From contig CALSSJ010000023.1 in NCBI GenBank assembly GCA_943788985.1, positions 96,001-160,000 of the forward strand: a stretch of 64,000 nucleotides of DNA, read 5' to 3'. A program made the position numbers and the translations under genes. Positions 28,490-40,400 of the stretch are shown one piece after another. The notes under the pieces are model-generated. The model worked only from the letters and a program-made list of their open reading frames with translations, was not told the origin of the DNA and ran no database searches. The stretch comes from an uncultured Lentisphaerales bacterium. Lineage in GTDB: Bacteria > Verrucomicrobiota > Lentisphaeria > JABSQK01 > UBA12247. The stretch's first letter is position 1; each line of letters starts with the position of its first letter.

Positions 28490-31400
28490 CCGGCTGCTCT
28501 GCGCAATCATCACCCGGAAGACGCGTGTCGTCCGCTCGGTATTCCCCGAGATATCGATGCCGACACGTCGCTCAGCCAACATATCCAGCTCCGTACCAGG
28601 GATTGGTGCGAAGTCGCTGTCTGGGTCTACTTCTACCCAAGTCAGCGGCAAGTCAGACCGTGGCAGCAGGATTGGGTCCCACTCGATGCGCACTTCTGTA
28701 GGCTGATCCCCAAAGTCAAGGTAGAGATACCAGGTCGCTGCATCGCCAAACGGACGCATGTCAAGGGACAGCGCGGAGTGCCCTTCGGTGAAGCCTGCAG
28801 AGAAGAAGCTTCCGGATGGCACACTGGTGCCGTCCGGTAGTGGGGTCGGTCCGTTGACGTTGCCGAAGAAGGCGGGAATGTTCAGCGAGGTGGGCAGATC
28901 CACATCAAGGTTTTCATCCCAGCCATGGCTTGCGCCAGCCAGCCAGCCAATCCCGACTGTCTGCGTCGGCGCTTCAGAGCCATCCCCAAAACGCTTGTCG
29001 ACGCGCAGGGTCGCAAGCCAGGCCTGCTGCTCAATCTCGACTTCAACACTGAGCGGACTGTCCGCACTTACTTCACCAGCCGGATTCCGTGCGAACACAG
29101 AGACCGCCCATTCCTGGCCAGCCTGCGTAAAGCGGTGGTCCAGGACACGATCCTCTGTGACCATGACCTGCACGCCGTCCACGTACCAGCGGTAGAAGAG
29201 CTGATGACCGGACAGCACCGTTGCTGGGTCTACGTCGGCGAAGAGATCGTCGGTGACCTGTGCGTTCGTGGGGCGCAGCACAGGCTGCGCTGGCGAGCTC
29301 ACGAAGACCCCTGGTACCGGGTTGGCCAAAACCAGGATGCCGTACTCAGAAGCGAGCGTACCAAACTGATGATGCGGGGCAACACGGATGTAGTAGGTGC
29401 CTGGGTCCACGACCACTTTGAAGCGGGCAGCCAGATTGAATTCCGGATGCGCGAACGAACGATAGTCATCATTGAAAATGATCGCACGCTCGAAATCGCC
29501 TTCGCTGTATAGCCACATGCGCGTATCAACGCCAAGATCCAGGCGCGTTCCAGTATCTCGGGCCGGATTGCGAATCCGCTGCTCGATCTCGTCCACGGTA
29601 CGACCGGTAGCGACTTCGACCTCAGAAGTTTGCAGAACTGTAAACTTCATCCAGTCCTCGTCTTCCAAGAAGAACGAGTGGGCCTGCCCTTCGAACGTAC
29701 CTTCCAGCGAAAGAGAATTGCCCTCTTCCTCGGTATTTTCGGTGTCTGAACCGGAATTGTTGTTGCTTTCGTTGGTGTTACCGGACTCCTCGACGGTGCT
29801 GAACCCACCCGACTGATCGCCGCTGTTCTCGTCACCGCCACCGCCGCCGCCGCCGCTACCATTCTCTTGGTCCGTGGAGCTGTTGAACACATCAAAGCCG
29901 TTGACCAAGATCCGACGCGCTTCCTGCGGTGTATCATTGGGCTCGTAGGTCTCGGCATCGATGACCAAGGAACTCGTTCCTTCTCCGCCACCTCCTCCGC
30001 CACCACCTTCGTCATCCTCGTTGGAACCGGGCAAGCCGAAGCCTGGGAAGACGGTGACTGTTTGGGACCGCGCTGGCTCGCTGCGGTTGCCGAACGTATC
30101 CACGGCCTGCACTTCGCAGTAGACCAGAACGCCTTCTAGACGATGATTCTCAGTCGCCAACATGGTGCTGATGATATTGCTGTCGATCGCAAACTCAACC
30201 TGAGCCTGGCCTGCGGTCAGGATGATACTGCCTTCAAGAATATCGCCATCGTCCGGCGCAAGTACGTCGGTACCAGTACCACTGAGCAAGTCGTCAAGTT
30301 CAGTGCCTGTCACGCTCGTGTCGACGAAGCCTGGGAAGCCGATCTCTTTCCGTCCGCCAGTTTCGATCACACCTTCGGTGGTTGTGCGCGAGCGGCGTTC
30401 CAGCTGTTGGTAGGTATTGGTCACACGGTTGAAACCGTACCACTCGAAGAAGTATGACACCACGTCCCCATCGGGATCAACGGCAGGCAGGGTGAGAACA
30501 CAACGAATGTCGTCGTCTTCAGCACGAGGCTGAGCCGGCTCGATCGCAATCGCAGGCGGCTCTGGCCGGCTGTTAGTGCCAACCCCGCCGCCGTGGACAA
30601 AGCTGTTGCTGTAGCTAGGAGCGCTGCGACGCCCGGTGGCGGTGTTGTTTCCGTCTACCTCATCGGTGACGTAAGCCTCCAGTTTGACCACATCACCGAC
30701 CCGCAGCTGCGCGTGACCATATGACAGGTCGACCAGCATTAGCGACCAATCCGTGATGGCAATGCCCTGGTTCTTGATCCAGCGCGTGAAGACATGGACT
30801 TGATCGCCGTCGGCGTCTGTAGGTTCGGTCGTCAGCGTGCCGATGTAATGCTCAGCGCGCTCATCCTCGTCCAGATCGGCCTGGGAGACCACGTACTCGG
30901 CTACGGTCGGCGAGCTTTGAGCGGCGTCTACAGTAACTGCTTCACTCCATACCCAAGTACTCGCACCACCGTCTTCATCCACGGCACGTACAGAGACGCG
31001 GTAGCTGCGGCTCCCGGCCTGTACGGTCCAATGACGTGCGGTTGCATCAGCAATGGGCTCCATGCAGGTCGTGTCGACACAACCTGCATCGTCGATGTAC
31101 CACTGATACTCATAGCTGAACATGTCACCATTCGGATCAAAGGCACCACGCGGGTGCGCGGTCAGCACGCTGTCCACACCAGGCGACTGCGGGTCAATGT
31201 CGACGATTAAGTTCATGACATTCGGCTCATCATTGGCTTGTACCAAGGTAGCCCGGGCATTGGTAGCTGTGGTAAGTTGCAAGGCATGTACCCAGCGGTC
31301 TGTATCGACCAGCGACTGCGACAGCAGGCGCTCGTAAGGCAGCCAGTCGGCATGCCAGACGAAGTCCTGAATGGTTGGTGTCACAGGGTTGACAACCCAG

Positions 31401-34400
31401 TTGCGACCGGAGGTCGGATCAATGTCCACCTTGTAGGCAGCCTCATCGCTGCGATAGATCGCACCGATGTAGGTGGTAGCCACAGCGTCTTCCGCGGCCT
31501 GGTCAGCGACCGTCAGGACCATTGGACCATCGTCGAACTTCAGGTACAAGCCCAGATTCAGCGGAGTTGCCCAGTCATTCACGCCTGGGAAGAAGGCATC
31601 CTGCAGGGTGACGTAGTCATCCCACATGTCCTCGGTTGCTTCCCAAGTCGCGTTGCTGTTGGTATCGCCAAAGTAGAGGGCTGCGAGGCTGCCCGGGGCA
31701 TCCTGAATCAACGTGCCATCATCGCTGGCGACTGTGAAGTCAGGAATAAGGACAACCGCTGCATTCTCGTCCACAGTCACTGTAGGATCATGAGAGCCCG
31801 GCAGGATCACAGTATCGATCACGGTTTCCTCAGTCTCCCCTTCGACGAGAACCGGTTCATCGTAGACGTTGTTACCATTCTGATCGATCCAGAGCCCCTC
31901 ATGTGCGTCGCGAGTCTGGTTCAAGTTTGCGTCAAAGTAGCGTGCCTGAGCCAGCAGTAGTCCCTGTGTACCGGCAGTAGTTTCCCACAGACCGTCGGTC
32001 GACAGCTGCGAGTCAATGCCTGGATCGTAGACGGATTCCTGTGGTACCAGCCCAGAACGGAAGGTATCGAGGTTGCCGAGCACAATCTCAACATCGCGGT
32101 TATAGGCTTCCTTGATTTCTGCCTCGGTGCGGACGTCACCCCAAATACGCACTTCGTCGAGGTCACCCACGAAGTTGTGTGTCGAGATGCTGTCGCTTAC
32201 GTCGTCTACATCTACCGATGCACCGATGCGGATCACGGCAAGCTTGTCGAGATCCTTCGGCTTGGCGCTACCGAAAGCATTGATGTTGCGAGCTACTTCC
32301 ACCCCGTTCACGTAAAGGAACATGGAGTTATTGGCAGCATTGAAGGTACCCAGAATGTGCGTCCAGACGAAGTTTTCGTCAGCGGATTGGATCGGCGTGC
32401 CAGCCTTGACCTTGCGGACAACGGTCGGCGTACTCCAGAGCACGTAAGGCCGCTCATCGGTATCGATACCGAGCTCATAGCTGATCACGTCAGCGTCTCC
32501 ATTCAGGCTCAGGGAGCGTTGAATAATGACCATTCGGCGGTCAGGATCGGCGTGAAGGGTCAGATCCAGCTGTGGACGAACCCAGGCTTCCACCGTCCAG
32601 CTCTCATAGCCGAGGCGCTGTGCGTCCGGATCGTCTTCCACGGCCACATTGGCGTCGGACTGGCCGATGTTCACCAGCGGCACGTCGAGGAAGGTCGCAC
32701 CATCCAGGTTCAAGACCAGGTTCTGCACCCCCTTGTACTTGAGGCTATTCAGCGGATCGCTAAGGAAGCCCAGTTCGGCGTCGTTGTGCTCGACGATGTC
32801 GGCGATGCCGTCATCATCAGTATCAGGCAATTGACGGTCGGTGTTCTGCTGAATTTCGTCGGTGTCAGCCACGTCATCATTATCAGTATCGACATCGAAG
32901 TTGTCAGCAACCCATGGGTCGGTCCCAGCGAGGTACTCGAGACGGTTGGTACGGCCATCCTCGTCAGGGTCACCGTCAGTTCCGTGGATGCCGGTGGCAT
33001 CGAGCGGGTCCAGCGAGACTGCGCTGGAGTTGGTTGAGATAACCTCCCAGCCGTCCGGCAGCAAGTCGCCATCGGTGTCAGGATTGCGCGGCTCTGTGCC
33101 ACGATTCTGCTCACCTGCGTTGTCCAGCGCGTCGTTGTCGGTGTCTTCCTCGCCGTCCAACGTACCGTCACCGTCGGTGTCGTTGTTGAGCGGATCGAAG
33201 GAGTTTGCAACTTCCCAGCCGTCCTTGAGCGAGTCACCATCGGTATCAGCAACAGTTGGCTTGGTGCCAAGCTGCAGTTCGCGAATGTTGGTCAGGTCGT
33301 CTGCATCCGGGTCGCCGTCTGCGCCATTGTCGCCGCTGGCGTCGTTCGGATCCAGGTCATTCTCGACCTCGGCCTTGTCGCCCATGGCGTCACCATCGCT
33401 GTCAGCGCTGGTTGGGTCAGTAGCATCACCCCAGAGACTGCGGTCAGATGAGCTGATCAGGATGGCTCCAGTGGAGCCCGCGAAGGCTGCCTGATTGTCA
33501 GCACCGAGGAACTCAGAGATGTTGTTCAGACCGTCACCGTCGGCGTCATCAAAGGCATCGTCGGCTTTTGGCAGCAGGCTGAAAAGGACTTCAAATCCGT
33601 CATCCATACCATCTGCATCGGTGTCACGATGCTGTGGATTAGTATCCGCGTCGTATTCCTGCAGGTTCAGCAGGCCATCGTTGTCCGGATCACCAGTTGC
33701 CCCGTTGTCGCCAGTGGCGTCGAATGGATCCAGGCCGTTGGCGTTCTCCCAGAAGTCGGGCATGCCATCATTATCGCTGTCCATGTCTGAAAGGTCAGGC
33801 ACTACCGTATCGAAGGCATAGTCGCCACGGCCCAAAGCGGCCACGGTGAAGTCATTCGGAATCGCGTGATCCTCGGCACCAAACTTGTGCTCGTAGGGCG
33901 GGTTGCTCGTCCCGTACTCGCCGTCATCCATGCGGAAGTAGCTGCTCAAGCCGTCTTCAGTCGCGGCCAACGTGGAGTCCTTAAGCCCATTGATCTGCGC
34001 CGTGCTGCGGGCTACGCTCCAAACTCGTACTTCGTCGATCAGACCTTCGAAGCCGCCAGAAGCTGCACCAATGTACAGGTCACCTGGCTTCTGATAAGGC
34101 TTGAAGCCTGTGAAGTTCACGGACTGCGAGCGACCGTTCACGTAGAGGATTAGACGCCCGGCATCCGGGTCAAGGGTACCAGCGATATGGGTCCATTCGC
34201 CCAGCTCTGCGAGGTCGGTTCCCACAATTTCCTGGTTTTCACCGAGGTTATCTGGCGTGTAGGAGACGTATGGGAAGCCTGCACGCAGACCCAGCTCGTA
34301 GTTCACAGCGTCAGCGACCAGCTGTACGCGGCTGTTGCTCGGCGCTTCGTTGGCCAGTGTTTCACCGCCAGCCAAGGTAAGGACAGTTGGTGTAACTTCC

Positions 34401-37400
34401 GCAATCTCATAGCTGCCGTTGTTGGACAGCGAGCCTTCCACGGTAATGGTCATACCAGCCGCCATTCCGGCAGTGATGAAGTCACCCCCGGCTGTGGTGA
34501 TCGTGTCTGCGAGCGGATCGTTATTGGCAAACGTCAGGTCGCGACGATCGACACGACCGCTGACCTTGCGAACCACAACGCCGTCGGCGTTGGCTGCATC
34601 TGGGTAGACCCACGCTTCAACCGTGAAGGAATCCAGCTCATGGCGTGCCTGGCCAATGGCCTGCATGTAGCCACCAGCACCAAGACGCAAGCTGCGACGA
34701 ACCAGCGGATCGAGTGAGGATGTCGGGCTATCGCCCTGAGCAATCTCGGTCTCGTCATCCAGGCCATCGTCATCGCTGTCTACCAGCAGTGGATCACTGC
34801 CATAGGTGTTGAGCTCTGCCCCGTCCAACAGGGAGTCGCCATCGGTGTCTGCGACCGTCGGGATGGTGCCGTCGGTATTCTCGTAGCGACGATCAGTGAT
34901 TGGACCAGTGATGTTGATCGTGGTGACGTAGTGATCCCCGGTCGTTGGCGTGTCATTCGGCGTCGCAACTGGCTCGACAAAGCTCCAAGTGCCGTCAAAC
35001 TTTGCCAGCATGCCAATCTGGCCCTGCCATTCATTCCCGATATTGATCTCGGTCCCGCTCGCGGATGCTTCCACGTAATACCAGACGCCGATTTGCGGAT
35101 TGGTTGGGCGAATCGCATCTGCGACCACTTCGTCGTAGACCCATTCGGAGCTGACGTCGTCGTAGACACCGATACCGATCTGCGGGATGGTGCTGTCGCG
35201 GCCGAGGTACTCTTCCATGTTGGTCAGGCCATCACGGTCGATGTCTTCGGCGCCGTCACGAATACCGTCGTTATCAGTATCTGCATTGTTCGGGTTGAGG
35301 TCGACATCAATCTGGCCGATCTGCCCCAAGCCGAAGATCCGGTTCTCACTGTAAAGCATTTCGAACCAGTTCGGTAAACCGTCACCGTCGTTATCCAGCT
35401 GACCTTCACCGGCGAACGTGTTACCGACAACGCGGGCAGCGTAGCGCCAGTTATAGCCGTCGACGGAGGAAACGTTCAGCCAATCTCGCGGATGAGCGAA
35501 GTCCTCGACGAACTGTCCACCATCGTTGAAGCTGTAAAACAGGACCGGTTCGATCGTGTCGACCACGATGGTCTCGACCTGTGTGCCAGTGACGGCTCCG
35601 GCGTCGTCCACAATCGTTGTGCTGATTGTATCGAAAATCTCGAAGGCACCGAAGGAGTTTCCTTCACGAGCAAGCAGGTAGATCTCCTGCAACTGCGCGG
35701 CAGTCAGGATGTCTTCCCAGATCGTGATGTCATCCATCTGGCCGCTGTAGTGCGTGCTGCCAACTGCGGACTGCGTCACACCGTTGTAGTCCACACCCAC
35801 GTAGAGGTGGCCGGTCTCGATGACCGGTGTGGAGATCGGCAGGCGCGAGTTGGTGCGCTGGTCGAACGTGTCAGGCCCAGTCGGGACAAACAGGTCCAAC
35901 TGCATGTTGTTGTTCGCGATATCCAAGGTAGCTGCGATCATCGCCCACTCGCCGGCACCAATCGTGTCGCGGCTTTCCAGAGTCACCAGACGGTTGATCA
36001 GCTGATTATGATACTCGAAGATCACCGTGCCATCCGGTAGCAAGCGAAGTGCGTAGTTCAGCACGTCGTTGTTGTCGCCACGGGCGTGCTTCTCCAAGAT
36101 CGTGTGGCTGCCGTTGAGGTCCGGCTTGACCCACAGCGTAATCATGAACGTCTCGAGGCCAATGGTCTCGTTGTCGTAGGCCACGAGGTAGTCATCACCA
36201 TCGAAGGTACCAACCCGACGAACGCCTGGATCCAGGGAGTTTGCAGCGTCACTGGTCAGCGTGGTCGAGATCGCATTGACCTCGTCGTTGTCGCCGATGC
36301 CATCATCGTCGGTGTCCTTCAACAACGGATGCAAGCCCAGAACCTGTTCTTCCAAGTTCGTCAGGCCATCGCCCAATTGCTGCTCTTCGCCTGTGTCGTA
36401 GACACCATTCGCGATCGAATCCGTCCAGACAGCCAAGCCATTGTTCGCCACCAAGAAGCCCGCGTTCGGCGAACCGGCAGTGCCAGCGCGGATGATCGCC
36501 AAGTCGCGATCCTCTTCACGATCAGGAGTGCCGTTACCGTCACTATCGAAACGCTTCGGATCGAGCTCTGCGAGATACTCGTAGAAGTCGTTCAGGCTGT
36601 CGGAGTCGAAGTCCGTGTAGCCCTGCGGGCCATTCTCATCGAGTCCAACAGACGTCAGATTGCCGAAGTATGCCAGCTCCCACGAATCAGGAATTTCGTC
36701 GTCGTCGGTGTCGACAGGTACCGCTGGTGTCGGAACAGCTTCCGCTGGCTCCGTCATCGTCGCGCCGTTCGCGAGAACTGCCGCGTTGGCCCACTCGCTC
36801 AGCCAATCGGCCTGGGCAACAGCATCTGCAGCAGTCTCACCACCGTCGTCGAACCGATAGTAGGCAACCAAGCCAGCTTCCGTGCCGCTAAGAGTCTCGA
36901 CCATCTGTGCCTGAATCGTGGTCTGATTGCGCACGATAGACCAGATACGAACTTCGTCGATGAAGCCGATGAAGCCTTCACCCATCCGCGTGAAGACTGG
37001 TCCCGGACCGTTGAGTACGGGCTTCTTCAGGGTGTTGGTTGTGGTGGAGTCGACGCCATTCAGAATCAAGCTCACGACATTCTCGGCAGGATCGAAGGTT
37101 GCCGCGACGTGCGTCCACTCATCCAGCTGGGCAGTCGCAGTCACAACGGACATCACAGTCACAGGACCGGAGCCATCGCGAGCATCGAAGGTGATGGAAA
37201 GCTGACCACCTGCATTCACTGACAAGCGATAGGAGTTACCGCCGACGGTGCGCTGCAGGACTGTACCATCGCTGGCTGCTGTTGGGTAGATCCAGGCTTC
37301 AATCGTCCAAGCCGGCAAGGCCAAGCGGCTAGTCAGTGGCAGTGTAGCATAGGATGAGCCGTCGACAGACAGCGCAAGCTCTTGGACTGGGCTGAACTGG

Positions 37401-40400
37401 TTGCGTGGGTCGTTGCCGCCAAGTTCCTCGTCACCATCGGAGACGCCGTCATCATCAGTGTCAGCGACCAAAGGCAGGGTCGCGAGAATGAGTTCGTCGC
37501 CGTTTGCGAGTCCGTCACTGTCCGCGTCCGCGTCGAGATCGAGGATGCCATCGACATTTGCATCCGGCAGGGAGACGTGTCCTGCCCAACTGTAGCTGGG
37601 CAGCAGAGGCTGGTTATCGGCTGGATCGTCGTCAGTCTGCGCTGACTCGTCACCACTTTCACGCTCACCGTCAGGCCGGGTCGCTGTGCTCGGATCATTG
37701 GCGACCTGAACGACACCATACCAGTCAGGCACCTGGTCAAGGTCGGCATCATCGAAGACGGTGCGCAGGGCGACCGGCATCCGGCGTCCACCAAAGCTCA
37801 GTGCTGCGGTGTCAATTTCGACAACAGTACCGGTGATGGTATAGCTCTGGCCGATTCTGTCGGCGCGCAAGGGCCTCCGGAAATCCTCAATGGTGCTTCC
37901 GCCGTCATCGAAGCGGTAATAGGCTTGTAGGTCTTCGTCGCCTTCGAGTACCAGGTGATCGCGCATTGCCTCAACCTGGCCAGCGGTTCGGGCGATATTC
38001 CAGACACGCACCTCGTCTAGCAGGCCGCTGCTGAAATTGCTGGAAGCGTTGCCATTACCACCGAGGTAGACCATCGCATCTTCGTCAACGGGGACTTCGA
38101 TTGGGAGGGCATTGCTTTGCGCCTTCCAGAGCAATCCGTCCACATAGAGTGCGATGGTCTGCAGATCACTATCGTAGGCCACAGCCACGTGATGCCACTC
38201 ACCAGTCCCGAAGGCGGTAAAATAGTCATCACCTATTCTCACGGTCTGGTTGGTGGTTGTGACGTACTGAGCGTAGGGCTGACCAGCGTTCACGCCAATC
38301 TCGAGTACCACGCTACCAGCGACCTGCGCCCCCAGTACCACGCCAGTTGTATCACCATCAAGCTGAATCCAGTACTCAGCGGTCCAGCTGTCAGCCAGTG
38401 AGTCGAAGCGCTCTGCATGCGGCAGAGTCGTACCAGTGAAACTGATCGAGCTCAGATCGAGAGCCCGCGCTACGTAGCCACTGCGGTTTGCCGCGCTTCT
38501 CGGGACCTGGCTCATTGAATGTGCAGGGCTCGTAAATTGAGCGGCTTCTACGTCATCGTTCACGCCGTCGTCATCGGTATCTTCGTTTCGAGGATCCGAG
38601 TGGACCTGCTGTTCTTGGAAGTTGGTCAGCGTATCGCCATCCGCATTCTCCAAGTCGTCATCAAGGCCATCACCATCGGTGTCTTCATTGGTTGGGCTGG
38701 TGCCAGCGAGATACTCGTAGAAGTTGGTCAAGCCATCTTCGTCCTCGTCGCCGTCGGCTTCGCCACTCAGGTCACCGAAGACCTCACGCTCCCACCAGTC
38801 TGGCAGACCGTCGTCGTCTTCGTCGGCACGCACAGATGGCGTGCCTGCGGAGAACGCGGCGCCGGTTGCCATGCGGGCTGCATGCATCCAGTTGGTCTCC
38901 CAGTCGCGAGCGACCGAGTAGTCTTCTACTGTCGTGCCACCATCATTGAAGGAGAAGAGAGCGACCAAGTCGGACTCGTCGCCGGTCAAGGCTGTGTCGT
39001 AGCTACTTTCTACAGCAGCGCTCCAGATCGCGACATCGTCGATCGCCCCCTTGAAGTTGGCGCCGAGTTCGACGTAGGTCTCACCGGGGCCACTCGTTGG
39101 GGGCAGGTTCACGGCAGTCGTGCTCTCGTCGCTGATTTCCTCGCCACTTTCGTAGTCGTGTACAGTCAGCGTCAGCATTTGACCGCTGGCGCTGTAGGAA
39201 CCGGAGATATGGCTCCAGGTCCCAAGCGCAACCGGATCGTCGGACAACAGCTCGATCGTCTGGATGTAGGACTGGTTGGCCTGGAAGGCGCGGCGATAGC
39301 GATAGGCAACGTAGGCATGCAGGCTGCCATTGACATCACGCAGGCCTATCTCGTAGTTGGTGCCCTCGGCGAGGCCGTTGGTGACCTGGACCGGGAAGCT
39401 ACGCGAGAGGATCACACCATCCCGAAGTTCGGTGGGCTGGACCCAGGCCTCAACCGTCCACTCAGTAAGAGCGTGACGATCCTGTGGCTGGAGCCAAAGC
39501 TTGCCAGAACCATTGAAGCTCATCACGAAGTCGCGAACGCGCTTGGTGGAATCAGCAGGGTCGGACTCGTTGCCGGCATCTGCCTGATTCTGTGCTTCTT
39601 CGTAGTCGTTGCCGGGCTCGTAGCCGTCCCACCAGTTGATCTGGCCGTCTGCCACGCCGGCAGGACCATTGTCGTCGATCTGGCTGATGACGCCATCGAA
39701 GACACCGTTCTCGTCAGCGACATCGGTGAAGTCGTCATCGGTGTCGATCAGCAGCGGATGCGTGCCGCGGAGCTGCTCAATTAGGTTAACCAAGCCATCC
39801 CAGTCAGAATCCTCGTGGGTATCCGGAGTGCCGTTCAGGTTGGTGTCGCCTTCGAGCGGATCCGTGCCAGCCAGGAACTCGTAGAGGTCGTTCAGACCGT
39901 CGGCGTCCGTATCGGTGTAGCCATCGACGTAGGCGTCTTCATTGAACGTGCCAGAGGTTGGTGCAGCTTCGGCAGTGGTGAGGTCTGCGAAGTTCTGTAG
40001 CTCCCACGCATCAGCAATGCGATCGTCATCGGAGTCTTCGGTGCCGAAGACCGGTACTGGTGCAGCGACCGGTTCTTCGACCACGACTGCCAGGCCGTCA
40101 CGGTCAAGGGCGTAGGCCCAATCGGAAGGCTGGGTGAAATCTTCGATGGTTGCGCCACCATCGTCGAAACGGAAGTAGACGAGCAAACCAGCGGCATCAC
40201 CAGGTACGGGACCGTGGCGATTGGCTGCGATTTCGGCTGCCGTGCGCTGTGGGGACCAGACGCGGACTTCGTCCACGAGGTGGCCAACATCAGCGAAGCC
40301 GCTGTCGAGTACCAGTGTGCCGTTGTGCCCTGGGCCAGTGACGGCAGCTTGCGCCCCGTCGACCTGGGTGCCATTCAGATACAAGCGCAGCGTTGCGGAG

